Shown in pieces: positions 50,930-64,000 of a stretch of DNA of 64,000 nucleotides (position 1 is the first letter of the stretch; each line of letters begins with the position of its first letter). This DNA comes from Macrostomum lignano (lineage: Eukaryota): positions 664 through 64,663 of the forward strand of contig NIVC01002456.1 of NCBI GenBank assembly GCA_002269645.1, given 5' to 3'. A program made the translations under genes and the position numbers. Below the pieces are notes generated by a model. That model had not been told where the DNA came from, did not search any database, and saw only the letters and a list, made by a program, of their open reading frames with translations.

Positions 50930-52772
50930 TCTGGGAGGCTGGCCTAAGCAACTGACACTGTGGGAGGCTGGCCCAAGCAACTGACACTGTGGGAGGCTGG
51001 CCTAAGCAACTGACACTGTGGGAGGCTGGCCCAAGCAACTGACACTGTGGGAGGCTGGCCTAAGCAACTGACACTGTGGGAGGCTGGCCCAGCAACTGAC
51101 ACTGTGGGAGGCTGGCCCAGCAACTGACACTGTGGGAGGCTGGCCCAGCAACTGACACTGTGGGAGGCTGGCCCAGCAACTGACACTGTGGGAGGCTGGC
51201 CCAGCAACTGAGGATCTGGGAGGCTGACCCAGCAACTGACACTGTGGGAGGCTGGCCCAGCAACTGACACTGTGGGAGGCTGGCCCAGCAACTGACACTG
51301 TGGGAGGCTGGCCCAAGCAACTGACACTGTGGGAGGCTGGCCCAGCAACTGACACTGTGGGAGGCTGGCCCAGCAACTGACACTGTGGGAGGCTGGCCCA
51401 AGCAACTGACACTGTGGGAGGCTGGCCTAAGCAACTGACACTGTGGGAGGCTGGCCCAGCAACTGACACTGTGGGAGGCTGGCCCAGCAACTGACACTGT
51501 GGGAGGCTGGCCCAGCAACTGACACTGTGGGAGGCTGGCCCAGCAACTGACACTGTGGGAGGCTGGCCCAGCAACTGACACTGTGGGAGGCTGGCCCAGC
51601 AACTGACACTGTGGGAGGCTGGCCCAGCAACTGACACTGTGGGAGGCTGGCCCAGCAACTGACACTGTGGGAGGCTGGCCCAGCAACTGAGGATCTGGGA
51701 GGCTGACCCAGCAACTGACACTGTGGGAGGCTGGCCCAGCAACTGACACTGTGGGAGGCTGGCCCAGCAACTGACACTGTGGGAGGCTGGCCCAAGCAAC
51801 TGACACTGTGGGAGGCTGGCCCAGCAACTGACACTGTGGGAGGCTGGCCCAGCAACTGACACTGTGGGAGGCTGGCCCAGCAACTGAGGATCTGGGAGGC
51901 TGACCCAGCAACTGACACTCTGGGAGGCTGGCCCTGCAACTGACACTGTGGGAGGCTGGCCCTGCAACTGACACTGTGGGAGGCTGACCCAGCAACTGAG
52001 GATCTGGGAGGCTGGCCCAGCAACTGACACTGTGGGAGGCTGATCCAGCAACTGAGGATCTGGGAGGCTGGCCTAAGCAACTGACACTGTGGGAGGCTGG
52101 CCCAGCAACTGACACTGTGGGAGGCTGGCCCAGCAACTGACACTGTGGGAGGCTGGCCCAGCAACTGACACTGTGGGAGGCTGGCCCAGCAACTGACACT
52201 GTGGGAGGCTGGCCCAGCAACTGAGGATCTGGGAGGCTGACCCAGCAACTGACACTGTGGGAGGCTGGCCCAGCAACTGACACTGTGGGAGGCTGGCCCA
52301 GCAACTGACACTGTGGGAGGCTGGCCCAAGCAACTGACACTGTGGGAGGCTGGCCCAGCAACTGACACTGTGGGAGGCTGGCCCAGCAACTGACACTGTG
52401 GGAGGCTGGCCCAGCAACTGAGGATCTGGGAGGCTGACCCAGCAACTGACACTCTGGGAGGCTGGCCCAGCAACTGACACTCTGGGAGGCTGGCCCAGCA
52501 ACTGACACTGTGGGAGGCTGGCCCAGCAACTGAGGATCTGGGAGGCTGACCCAGCAACTGACACTCTGGGAGGCTGGCCCAGCAACTGACACTCTGGGAG
52601 GCTGGCCCTGCAACTGACACTGTGGGAGGCTGGCCCTGCAACTGACACTGTGGGAGGCTGACCCAGCAACTGAGGATCTGGGAGGCTGGCCCAGCAACTG
52701 ACACTGTGGGAGGCTGACCCAGCAACTGAGGATCTGGGAGGCTGGCTGGCCCAGCAACTGAGGATCTGGGAG
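50930..52772. repeat. 28-bp minisatellite (gggaggctggcccagcaactgacactgt), ~65 copies
   Basis: Direct periodicity with recurring variants; intergenic. Confidence 0.97.
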
Positions 52773-53339
52773 GCTGATCTGGGAGTAGAGGTAAAAAATG
52801 ACAGACAAAACAATTTTTAAATCTTTTTTTGAATTATATAAGAGAGGCTTTGGTCAGATAAACTACACGAATTGAGTTTATTACAAAAATAATAAAAACG
52901 CTTAGCAGCTACTGTAAGTAGAAATGCGCAAATATAGTGTGTGCTGCCAGAACAGAAAAATGAGCCATCGAGTGACTTAAGGGTTTAGTGAAAAGAAAGT
53001 CAAATGGATTTATTCTACTTCCAGTAGTCAAATGGATAACCGAAATTATTTTTATTCTGCTTACAAAAGATGATGTAATAGGAAAAATGCAAAAGGAACA
53101 CAGAACAACAAGAAAACACGATGAGGGTATGATTAAATTTACAGTACGCTCGTAGCAAGTGTCTATAAAATGAAAATAGCTATCGCAATAAACACAGAGA
53201 GAAACAGACCAGAGTCATTAGTAAAGACGAGACGAAAGCATCCCAGCAACCAAAAACATTCTAGGTACCACAAAGAAGCATTTTAGTGATTAAAACTTAT
53301 GACAGTTGCAACCTGATCGACCTTAGCAGATCGAATGCG

Positions 53340-53718
53340 CTTAGCAACTAAAAAGAATCCCCCTAGCAGCTAAAGAAGAATCACCTTAGCAACTAAAGAA
53401 GAATCACCCTAGCAACTAAAAAAGAATCACACTAGCAACTAAAGCGCGCTAGCAACTAAAAAAATCAACCCAGCAACTAAAGAAGAATCACCATAGCAAC
53501 TAAATAAGAATCACTCTAGCAACTAAAGAATCACCCTAGCAACCAAGAAAGAATCACCCTTAGCAACCAAGAATCACCCTAGCAACCAGAAATACACATC
53601 CTAGCAACCAGAAATAACCACCCTAGCAACCAGAAATACACATCCTAGCAACCAGAAATAACCACCCTAGCAAGCAGAAATACACACCCTAGCAAGCAGA
53701 AATACACACCCTACCAAC
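53340..53718. repeat. Diverged ~22-bp repeat (tagcaactaaagaagaatcaccc) just downstream of the KDM1B stop
   Basis: Recurrent ctagcaac core. Confidence 0.85.
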
Positions 53719-53778
53719 CGAATGTAAAGAACAAAACAGCTAGACAAGACAATGTCTAGACATAGACACCCAGAGGCC

Positions 53779-56700
53779 CTAGCAACGCTGCTCAGCCCGA
53801 AGCAGCACCCGCCTAGACCGAGCGTCCAGCCAGTCGGCCACCCGGCCAGCAGCGGCCAGCCCGCTGACGCAGGCGCCAGTCAGGCTGTGCGGAAACTCCT
53901 TCGAAGCGGCTTCGCTGGCGAAGAACAACGGGCCGGCATCGCCGTCGCCGTCGCCGCCGCTAGAGCAGCCGACGTCGGCTGAAAGTGCGTCGGCGAATTC
54001 GGCGTCGCCAGTAGGCGACCATCGACCAGCGGCCGGGTAGGCGGCGGACCAGCTGCTCAGCGACGAATCGACGGGCGGTTCGGCAGATTCGCCGAATATT
54101 ACGGCGAGTCGACGAGTGGCCTCTCTGGTGGCGTAGCCGAGCGGATCAGCCTGAGCTGCCAGATGTTCAACAGCCTTGCCGCAGAAGATCGCCAACAGCG
54201 GAAAGGCCGACGACGTTGATGGCGAATTGTCGCCATCGACCGGGGACGGATCGACGAACAGGTGGCAGATGCCGCGACTTGTCGACGACTCCGGCAGAGC
54301 GGCAAAACATCGACTCGGCAGCCAGAATCGACGTCGGAATCGAAGCCTCAGCGTCGACAAACGGCAGCAGCCGTGAGCGTCGGCCGCTCGCAGTTTAGAA
54401 CTGGGCAGCGGCGGCTCGAACTCCGGACCGTCATTATCGTCACCGGTCAGAAGACCCGACGGCGCTAGCGGCAGCGTCAACAGACAGCAGGCGGCGCGGA
54501 TCCGACGCCCGTCGGTTAGCGACACTTCGACACCGGTGTCTGGCGAAGTCGAGGAGGCCGCCGGACGTCGACAGATCCGGGCGACGGCGGAACCGCGCAG
54601 CAGCGGAACCGTCCGCGAGCCGGCAGCCAGCCAGTCGGCCAGGTCGGCCAGAGTGTCGACTCCGACAATCGCTGAATTGTCGCTTAGTTGCGGCAGAATT
54701 TTGTCGCGCTCGAACGGCAACGTCGAGGCGGCGGATACTAGATCGAGTGGGGCGCCTAATCTGTACTCTAAACTGGCCAGGTAGAAATTTAACAATCTGG
54801 CGCCTTGCTCCGAACTGGCGGTCATCTCGTCTAACAGACTCTGCTCGTCGATTTGCGTCGAAACTGATACGTCATCACTTTCGATTGGTGCCGACACAAA
54901 TCCGGTTGGATTCGAGCTATTTTTGGTAAAATTGGATTTCTTTCCAGTGGGATTTGATTTACTTCCGGTAGAATTGGGTTCACTTCCGGTAGGATTTGCT
55001 TCACTTCCGGTAGGATTGGCTTCACTTCCGGTAGGATGGGCTTCACTTCCGGTAGGATTGGCTTCACTTACGGTAGGATTGGCTTCACTTCCGGTAGGAT
55101 TGGCTTCACTTCCGGTAGGATTGGCTTCACTTCCGGTAGGATTGGCTTCACTTCCGGTAGGATTGGGTTCATTCCCGGCAGGAATAGATTTACTTCCGGT
55201 TGCATCATAATTTGCAGCATCGGATTCGACAAAGAAGCTAACAGCTTCACTTCCGGTTGTCCGAGCCTTTCGCCTAGCTGACGCGTAGACTCGCTTAGCG
55301 GACGCCGCGGCGAGTGCCTCAGTAACGACGTCGACAGCTTGACAGACCACGTCGGACTCCGCCGCGATCCGACCGCCGTCGGGCCAGTCGAACAGGTCCA
55401 CGTTCAGCAACGGATTATCCTCCAGACTACGAACACCGCTGTGGCCGATGCCCCGCTGCAGCGCCATTAGACACAGCGGGTTATTCGACACGCTATCAAC
55501 GACAGCAATGTCGGGTAGACGAAGTCGCCGACGACTATTTCCTTTGTCGTTATCCCTTTCGTTGTTGTTGGTCGATTCAATCAGAACGACGCGCCGGCCA
55601 AAGCTGACCAGCTGCCGAGCCGCCACCAGTCCCGCAATGTCGTCGCCGACAATAACGACATCAGTGACACTACCGTCGTCGCAATCGCCGTCGTCGCCGT
55701 CAGCAGCATCGGAAGCGACAGGTCGGATGCCGAAATTAATAAGGCCCTGACGTTCTAATCGACGAATAATAGCCGGCAAAATGGCCGAACAGATTCGAAT
55801 CCTGGCCAGGCCTCTACATAGGATTAACGATTCAGAGCGTCGACTGCCAGCAATAGTTGGCCAATCGGCTGGTGTCCGAGACGATGATTGAGCCAGCGTC
55901 GAGTGCCAGATGGCCCAGGCGGCTAGCAGAGTATTGCGCACTGCCAGGTACAGCTGCGGCTGGTTGCGCAGCTCCAACTGGCCAGCTGGGTAGGCGGCGG
56001 CCAGTTCGTCGGGATCGACCTGGTCGGGCCGGACCGACAAAGCCGAGCAACTCGAAGAAGCGGCCGAGGACTGGCCGAAAGAGAACAGGCCGCTGGCGAA
56101 CGGGTGGAGCTGGGACGGCGAGTCTAAAGGGCGGCGGGGAGGGGAAGAAGCGATCTGGTTGTGGACTGAACTCGGACACCGCTGATGAGGTTTAGAGTCT
56201 GGGCCTCCTCATCCACTTCCTCTATCTTCCAGCCTCCCTTAAATCTCCCATCCCTACATCTACCTCCCATCCCTACATCTACCTCACCATCCCTACATCT
56301 ACCTCACCTTCCCTACATCAACCTCACCATCCCTACATCTACCTCACCATCCCTACATCTATCTCACCATCCCTACAACTACCTCACCATCCCTACATCT
56401 ACCTCCCCATTCCTAAATCTACCTCTATTCCTAAATCCGCCTCCCGATCCCTACATCCGCCTCCCGATCCCTACATCCGCCTCTCAATCCCTACATCCGC
56501 CTCCCGATCCCTACATCCGCCTCTCGATCCCTACATCCGCCTCCCGATCCCTACATCCGCCTCCCGATCCCTACATCCGCCTCCCGATCCCTACATCCGC
56601 CTCTCGATCCCTACATCCGCCTCCCGATCCCTACATCCGCCTCTCGATCCCTACATCTGCCTCCCGAAGTAGGAGGGCTGTTGGAAAACGCCTTCGGCGA

Positions 56701-58240
56701 CACCGTCCCACCACTGGCGCTGTGAAGCAATGTTGCCCATTCCGCTGACTACTGAGCACATACAAACTCGCCAATACTGTATGCAAGCACGCACTCATGC
56801 ACACGCTCACAGAGTGTGCAGCGGCCCTGACAAGCTCCAAAATGAATTTGGCCAGGAATCGAACCAGGGGACGCATTTTACCGCTAAGCCCTACCAATCA
56901 GCTGATCACCGGGCAGAGGCGCCAGACCAACGCTTAAAGGCCTGCAGCCGTTCAACTTGGAGTCGAACAGCAGCAGCCTTCTACAGCAGTTGTCCTGCAG
57001 CAGCACAGGAGCAGCCAGGCTGGACAGGAAATCAGGATCCGACGCGGCCCAAGCCACGCCCGGGTGTTCGGGTTCGTCGCAATTACTGCATCGAAACTCT
57101 AACAAACGCCTTGGCAACAAGTTATAATAGTTATCGCTATTACAATCCGAGCCAGTGTCCAATTGTCTCCACCGGCCGCAGTCTCGACAAGAGGCCCAGT
57201 AGGGCAGTGCGGCGTTAGCCAGCAGTTCCCTGGGGCTGGGCTGGCGGCACTCCGCACGCAACCAGGCCGATCTGAGCTGAGCAACCCAACTAGGTGCCCA
57301 TTCGTTGGATAACCGGCCTCGATAGCACAGCTCAAAACAGGCGTTGCAATAGTGCTCCCACCTGCTCAGGTGGTACCAACGCGACGTTTTAGAATTAGAT
57401 TCTGTTGCTATAGCGACGCAACGAGACGATAGGCGGGCGAAACAGACCGGTTGAGACTCGCCGCAACCAGATTTTGTGCAGCCTTCGAGAGCACCGCGGC
57501 TGCCGACGAAGTCAGAGCTATCGGGTTCGCGTTTGCGTTTCAGAAGACAGATATTTGGTCTGTGTTTCTTAGAAACAGTGGGCTGCGATCCTAGATAAGA
57601 GATGAGCAGCCGGTCTGGGTGAGATTAGAAAATGAGCAGCCCGTCTGGATGAGATGAGACAGTGCAGGTGAGAATGTGAGCAGGAAATCTAGGTTAGATT
57701 AGAAGCGAGCAGCCAGTCTATGTGCGAATAGATGTGAGCAGGAAATCTAGGTGAGACTAGATGTGAACAGGAAATTTAGGTGAGACTAGATGTGAGCAGG
57801 AAATCTAGGTGAGAATAGATGTGAGCAGGAAATCTAGGTGAGAATAGATGTGAGCAGAAAATCTAGGTGAGAATAGACGTGAGCGGGAAATCTAGCTGAG
57901 AATAGACGTGAGCGGGAAATCTAGGTGAGAATAGACGTGAGCGGGAAATCTAGGTGAGAATAGACGTGAGCGGGAAATCTAGGTGAGAATAGACGTGAGC
58001 GGGAAATCTAGGTGAGAATAGACGTGAGCGGGAAATCTAGGTGAGAATAGACGTGAGCGGGAAATCTAGGTGAGAGTAGATGTGCACGAGCAGGGAGTCT
58101 ACGCTCATAGATACGAATGTGAGTTCGCGATCATTCAAAAAGGACAGAGTGAGTATAGATAGCTAGATTTTATAAGACTTCACAGCTTGATGTGAATTAG
58201 GTTTTACGAATTTTAAATCTGCAAGTGCCTACACGGACAT
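53779..58240 (-). CDS. KDM1B: KDM1B/LSD2 homologue (C4H2C2 zinc finger, zf-CW, SWIRM, amine-oxidase fold), ~1000 aa, probably catalytically inactive
   Basis: Exons 58240-58233 (start less certain), 57559-56910 (alternative donor 56895), 56123-53779. LSD2-specific zinc finger GCTKSGC...PVCF..SRC...TSRWYHLSRWEHYCNACFE; CW finger PYWASCRDCGRWRQL...FRCSNCDEPE; SWIRM ALSVRPD...YLAVRNTLLAAW...LERQGLINFG; oxidase remnants LNFYLASLEY, LLTLPL, FEPPLP, LFFASEA..FPHSLTGACVSG. Confidence 0.9.
54940..55190 (-). repeat. In-frame coding 21-bp minisatellite encoding (GSEANPT)n inside KDM1B exon 3
   Basis: ggcttcacttccggtaggatt units; frame maintained; about 8 well-conserved plus 3-4 degenerate units. Confidence 0.95.
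56225..56665. repeat. 20-bp minisatellite (gatccctacatccgcctccc / catccctacatctacctcac) in KDM1B intron 2
   Basis: Direct periodicity. Confidence 0.93.
57595..58090. repeat. 29-bp minisatellite (gtgagcgggaaatctaggtgagaatagac) in KDM1B intron 1
   Basis: Direct periodicity. Confidence 0.92.
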
Positions 58241-58946
58241 AGGAGACAAGATTTGAAAAATCTGAGTTTTCGTTCGCAAGAGTTGTATGTACGGCCAAGT
58301 TGCCCTAAGATTTCTAGATAAATATATATGAATATTATAAATATTTTTGAACATTTTCAGACGATAATAAAATTTTTGTTTTCTATAAATATAAATAAAA
58401 AAAGATATTGCTAATAATTTGTTAAATTCGATTTTGATAACGCTAACCAAAAAGTTGTTGTTTCGAGGGCTAAAAGCGTATTTTATATTTATTCAATATT
58501 TCAATAGCAACAGCTGGATAAAGGAAACAAAATAATTAACAATGGAAAGAATAAACCGGTAATGCTTGGAAAACTAATAAACAGATGTATTAAATCGACG
58601 GCCTCTTTAACCTGCTTAAGACGGGACAGAAACTAATGCGCTAATTAATTATTAAAAGAGTAAGTGTAGATAAATATTTTTGCCTTAAAAATCTATCTGC
58701 AATGGCGCAACACTAGCGAGAAAAATTATGGAATTCATACGAAACACGGCCTAAGCGAGTGCACAAATTTGTGGCTATTTATCTCTAGATGCGGTGTAAC
58801 TACTACTGCAAGTACGGTATTATGGCTTTCTAATAGAAATTGGTCGAACGAAGCTATGTTATAAGAACGACACCTATTAATAGTATTAACTACTTAATTG
58901 AATAGTGCAATTCAAGTCCGCAATGGATGCTTCGCAAAAGCATTTC

Positions 58947-60838
<1,892 letters not shown>

Positions 60839-62254
60839 TTAAGCGATTTAGGAATTTATAATAATAATAACAGATTAGATACTTGAGCTCCGGTTGGAGA
60901 GAAGAACTTGCGCATGCATTGTAAAAAAAATAATAAATTATCTATTATTACGACCATAGCTGGTAAAAAACTTACAAACTTTAACTTAAAATCGGTCCCT
61001 ATATTGAGGAAAAAACAAGTATTAAGAACAAGAGGACCACAATTAAAAGAAATTTGAGGCGATTTTGTTTTATTAAAAATAGGCGAGTGACACAGTGGAA
61101 TGAAAATAAAATTTTGAGCTCAAATTGTCAAATAAAATTAATGTTCCAACTGATTTCATTTTCTACTCTAAAATCTAGATTTAAAAGAAAATACCACACA
61201 TACTAAAATAACTAGATGGGCCACTCAGGCTCGTATACTTAGTAAAACGGCTTTCTACTTTCAATTCAGTAGCGCAAAGAATACGTAAGCTATTTTATTA
61301 AGTTAAGGTTGTTAAAATTACTTTGATAAGTTTAGAAACCCCAAGCTAGCAGGCGTAAACAACTTGCTATAATTGGTTCAGCAATAATGTACATTGGCCA
61401 GTCCACTAAAATGTACATGGCTGCTTCAGGCTGGAATTCTGAGAAAGGCAATAAAAATTGGGGCAGGGCGAGGGGGGTAGTGTGGAAAAGCGCGGTTTGA
61501 GGGTTTAAGTTGGGGTAAGAGCCTAATAAATGAGCCTTGGATTTAAAAATACATTAAAATGCTTCTGTTTTACTTACTACTGAACTGAAAGTAGCTTGCA
61601 CGCAAATGTGCCGAGTGGCCTATCAAGCCTATCAAAATTTCTAGTATCTGTGCCTACAACTAAAATAACAAGCTGGGTTAGCCACAAGCAAAATGACGAA
61701 ATAAGCGTACTACTGTTACTGGCTAAAAAGCGGTGGAAAAACGCGTACAGACAACAATAAGCTAAAAAGGCATGATGAATATGCAATTTTATAATAATAT
61801 CACAGGTTGTAAAGAAAATAAGATAGCAAAAAATCTGTTTTTAAGAGGCGAGACACGCGTGACAACACTTAGAGGAGCGAAAATCATCAAGATGAATGTT
61901 GCAAACAATCAATTAACAAAAAAAATTGTGTGTAAAGCAAGCAAGCAATTTAATAAAAGAGCAAAAGCAACAAAAGAGAGCACACTACTTGACAAAAGGC
62001 ACAATACTTATAGCTATGTAGCAGATGTACAAAACAAACAATATATGTATATAATTGTTGAGCAACAAATTCCGAACAGTTTTAATCTACATTTTGTTAC
62101 AAAACCTTGATCCAAATCTAGCAAAAAACAATCAGAGACAGTTAAGTACATGGAGTACAGGAACAACAAAAACGCTAGAAGAGAAAATCTAAGCGTATTA
62201 GATAGATTAGCAATACAGTTTAGGCCTATTGCCTACTTGCCTATTGCCTATACA

Positions 62255-62470
62255 GTTGCGACACATTCAAGGGGGTCATGACCTCCCCCGAGGAAATTAA
62301 GGGGGTCATGACCCCTCTCGAATGAAACTGAAAATAAATTTCGTTCACCATTTCGTAATTACGAATATATTGCTTAATAAAATTCTCTCAAACTCGGAGC
62401 TTGAACTCGCTAGTGGATCCAAAAGAGGGGGGGGCGGGGGTCAACGGGGTCGACTGACCCCTCCCGGGAA
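62255..62470. mobile_element. Possible MITE/DNA-transposon end remnants
   Basis: Duplicated aagggggtcatgacc motif and G-rich ggatcc..ggggtc..tgacccc segment typical of subterminal regions. No TIR pair or TSD found. Confidence 0.3.
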
Positions 62471-62685
62471 AAAGCCATGATTCTTTCATTGCCAGCTAGC
62501 ATGCACACTGATTTTCACTTTGGCATCCTGAATTTGGCGCTGCTCAGGGAAAGGGGAAGGGTGTTTCCGGTGACCTAAATTACTGGTAAAAGTACAAAGT
62601 TGACATTTTATCAAAAATATCCGTTTAAAACTTTCAAGGTCATTGACAAAGACGAATAGTTAAAACATGAAAAATTCATCACTAA

Positions 62686-62732
62686 TTAATTTATCCATTT
62701 ACGCCTACCACCCGTGTACAGAAGTTGAGTTG

Positions 62733-62763
<31 letters not shown>

Positions 62764-63069
62764 CTGGCGCTGACTCTGCTGTTGAGCTGAGGCTGTCAAA
62801 CTGTAGGCGCCTCGCCTAGTTGTAGCCGCCGAGGCCGAATCAACGGAGGCGCCGGTGGCGACTGCTGCTGGCGCTAAAACTCTACCTGGTGCGGCAAAAT
62901 TTCTCCGAATATGATAGCCGCCCGGGCGCTTGCCTGACAATGGCGGCCTAGGCTTGTACAAGCCGCCGTCGCCGTCGCCGCTAACACCGCCGGTTTCCAT
63001 AGCAACTGGAGCGGATTGTTGACGCCTAGCCTCGGCTAGGAGAGCGGCCGCCGAAGCCGCGGCAGAGTT
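62686..63069 (-). CDS. Probable terminal coding exon of an unidentified low-complexity (Ala/Gly/poly-Gln) protein
   Basis: GC-rich open frame NSAAASAAALLAEARRQQ...METGG...QQQQ...GGRRKWIN* preceded by acceptor CCTTGTTTAG at 63070. A candidate upstream exon ends ..RHMQK|GTAAAC near 63270. No family recognised. Confidence 0.55.
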
Positions 63070-64000
63070 CTAAACAAGGTCAAGGTAAGGACAAGGATTG
63101 TCATTAATTAACAATGACTCGTAAGCCACAGAAATTAACAAAGACCAAATTAAGACAAAGAAAGCAATTTCAAATTCTAATAGAAGTAAACAATTATGAA
63201 TGTAATAAAGGAGAAAAATAAAACGCATGCATGCATGCGATCTAAACAAGCTGTAATAATGTAGTTTACTTTCTGCATATGGCGACTCCATAGTCGTTCG
63301 GATTCGTCAGTGAAAAACTTATTATTATCATTATTATTAGTAGACAGACGACTCGACGACAAATTAGAAGAATTAGGCGACTCTAAGTTTAGTTGCTGAA
63401 AAAAAGAGCAAACAAATCGTATAACCTAATGAGTAATGTAAAAAGTAATATTTTGGATCGAATTTTAACGAGACACAAAAAGGTCACTACAAGGTCACCA
63501 ACAATAGTAATGCCTTGGGCCTTGGCTTAATAAAATCCATTCAATTTATAATATCGCTAGGGTACTTACTTTTGCATTAGGATGCTTAGAAAGTTTCAGG
63601 ACGGTAGAAGGTCAAAATTAAAAGAATCGCCGTAGTTCACAGCTTTATATCCACGATTGCAGTCGAAGGGCATTTTTTCTAGAGACCTTCTTCACCGGTT
63701 TTGCTAGCCTTCTCAGAGAAATTCGAAACAAGGCTGAGACTAAACATTTCAGAAGAGATGTGCGCTAAATAGCACACAAATGACACGCGACAGAGCGGAG
63801 CAGCTCCATTAAATTAAAGCTATATATAACAAGGCCACAAACAAACACTATTAAGGCTGCTAGGCCGTCGGGGTTGATTAAAGCTAGACAGACAGAATAG
63901 GTCGTCAAAACTGGAGCAGACTGGTGAAGGGAAGAGAGAGGTTTTATATGAACTTATAACGAGAAGTGTACATTGGGCAATGTACATACTGAGATAAACT

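Noticed and set aside
50944-52813. 582-aa and 432-aa ORFs (PASHSVSCWASLPQCQLLGQ repeats)
   Set aside because: The 28-bp array is stop-free on the minus strand in all frames, and unit indels shift frame freely; no evidence of coding constraint.
56180-56215. Hammerhead ribozyme core (CTGATGAG)
   Set aside because: No matching GAAA and stem architecture nearby; I saw no complete hammerhead in the window by eye.
53779-58240. KDM1A/LSD1 assignment
   Set aside because: The N-terminal C4H2C2 and CW zinc fingers are LSD2-specific, and there is no coiled-coil Tower.

Overview
Eukaryotic (metazoan) genomic DNA: GC-rich spliced exons in AT-rich, minisatellite-laden introns. The style suggests a free-living flatworm such as Macrostomum lignano (inference, not verified). 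No prokaryotic features or CRISPR. Gene models were built by hand from GT-AG junctions and reading-frame phase. Five recognisable genes lie on the minus strand: an Mx/dynamin-like GTPase (runs off the left edge, one 1-nt frameshift), a MAP4K3/5-type kinase with CNH domain (10 exons, 917 aa), a secreted prohormone-4-like LDLa protein (6 exons, 191 aa), a KDM1B/LSD2 homologue (~1000 aa) and GAPDH (337 aa). There is also an orphan single-pass membrane ORF (+) and a probable terminal exon of an unknown gene (-). Mobile DNA: a decayed RTE-type LINE with a nested hAT MITE, an internally deleted PIF/Harbinger element whose left end is amplified into a 76-bp satellite, a CORE-type tRNA-SINE and a 4-copy dispersed repeat. 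More than 30 distinct tandem arrays occur. Best leads: (1) the LSD2 keeps its zinc-finger/CW/SWIRM modules but has lost FAD-binding and catalytic residues and carries a 7-aa repeat at the Tower position; (2) one MAP4K intron is a fold-back of two inverted minisatellites; (3) the Harbinger-born satellite; (4) a possible GAPDH-KDM1B operon; (5) nearly every long intron has its own minisatellite, several built on transcription-factor consensus sites. Repeat boundaries and copy numbers are manual estimates.
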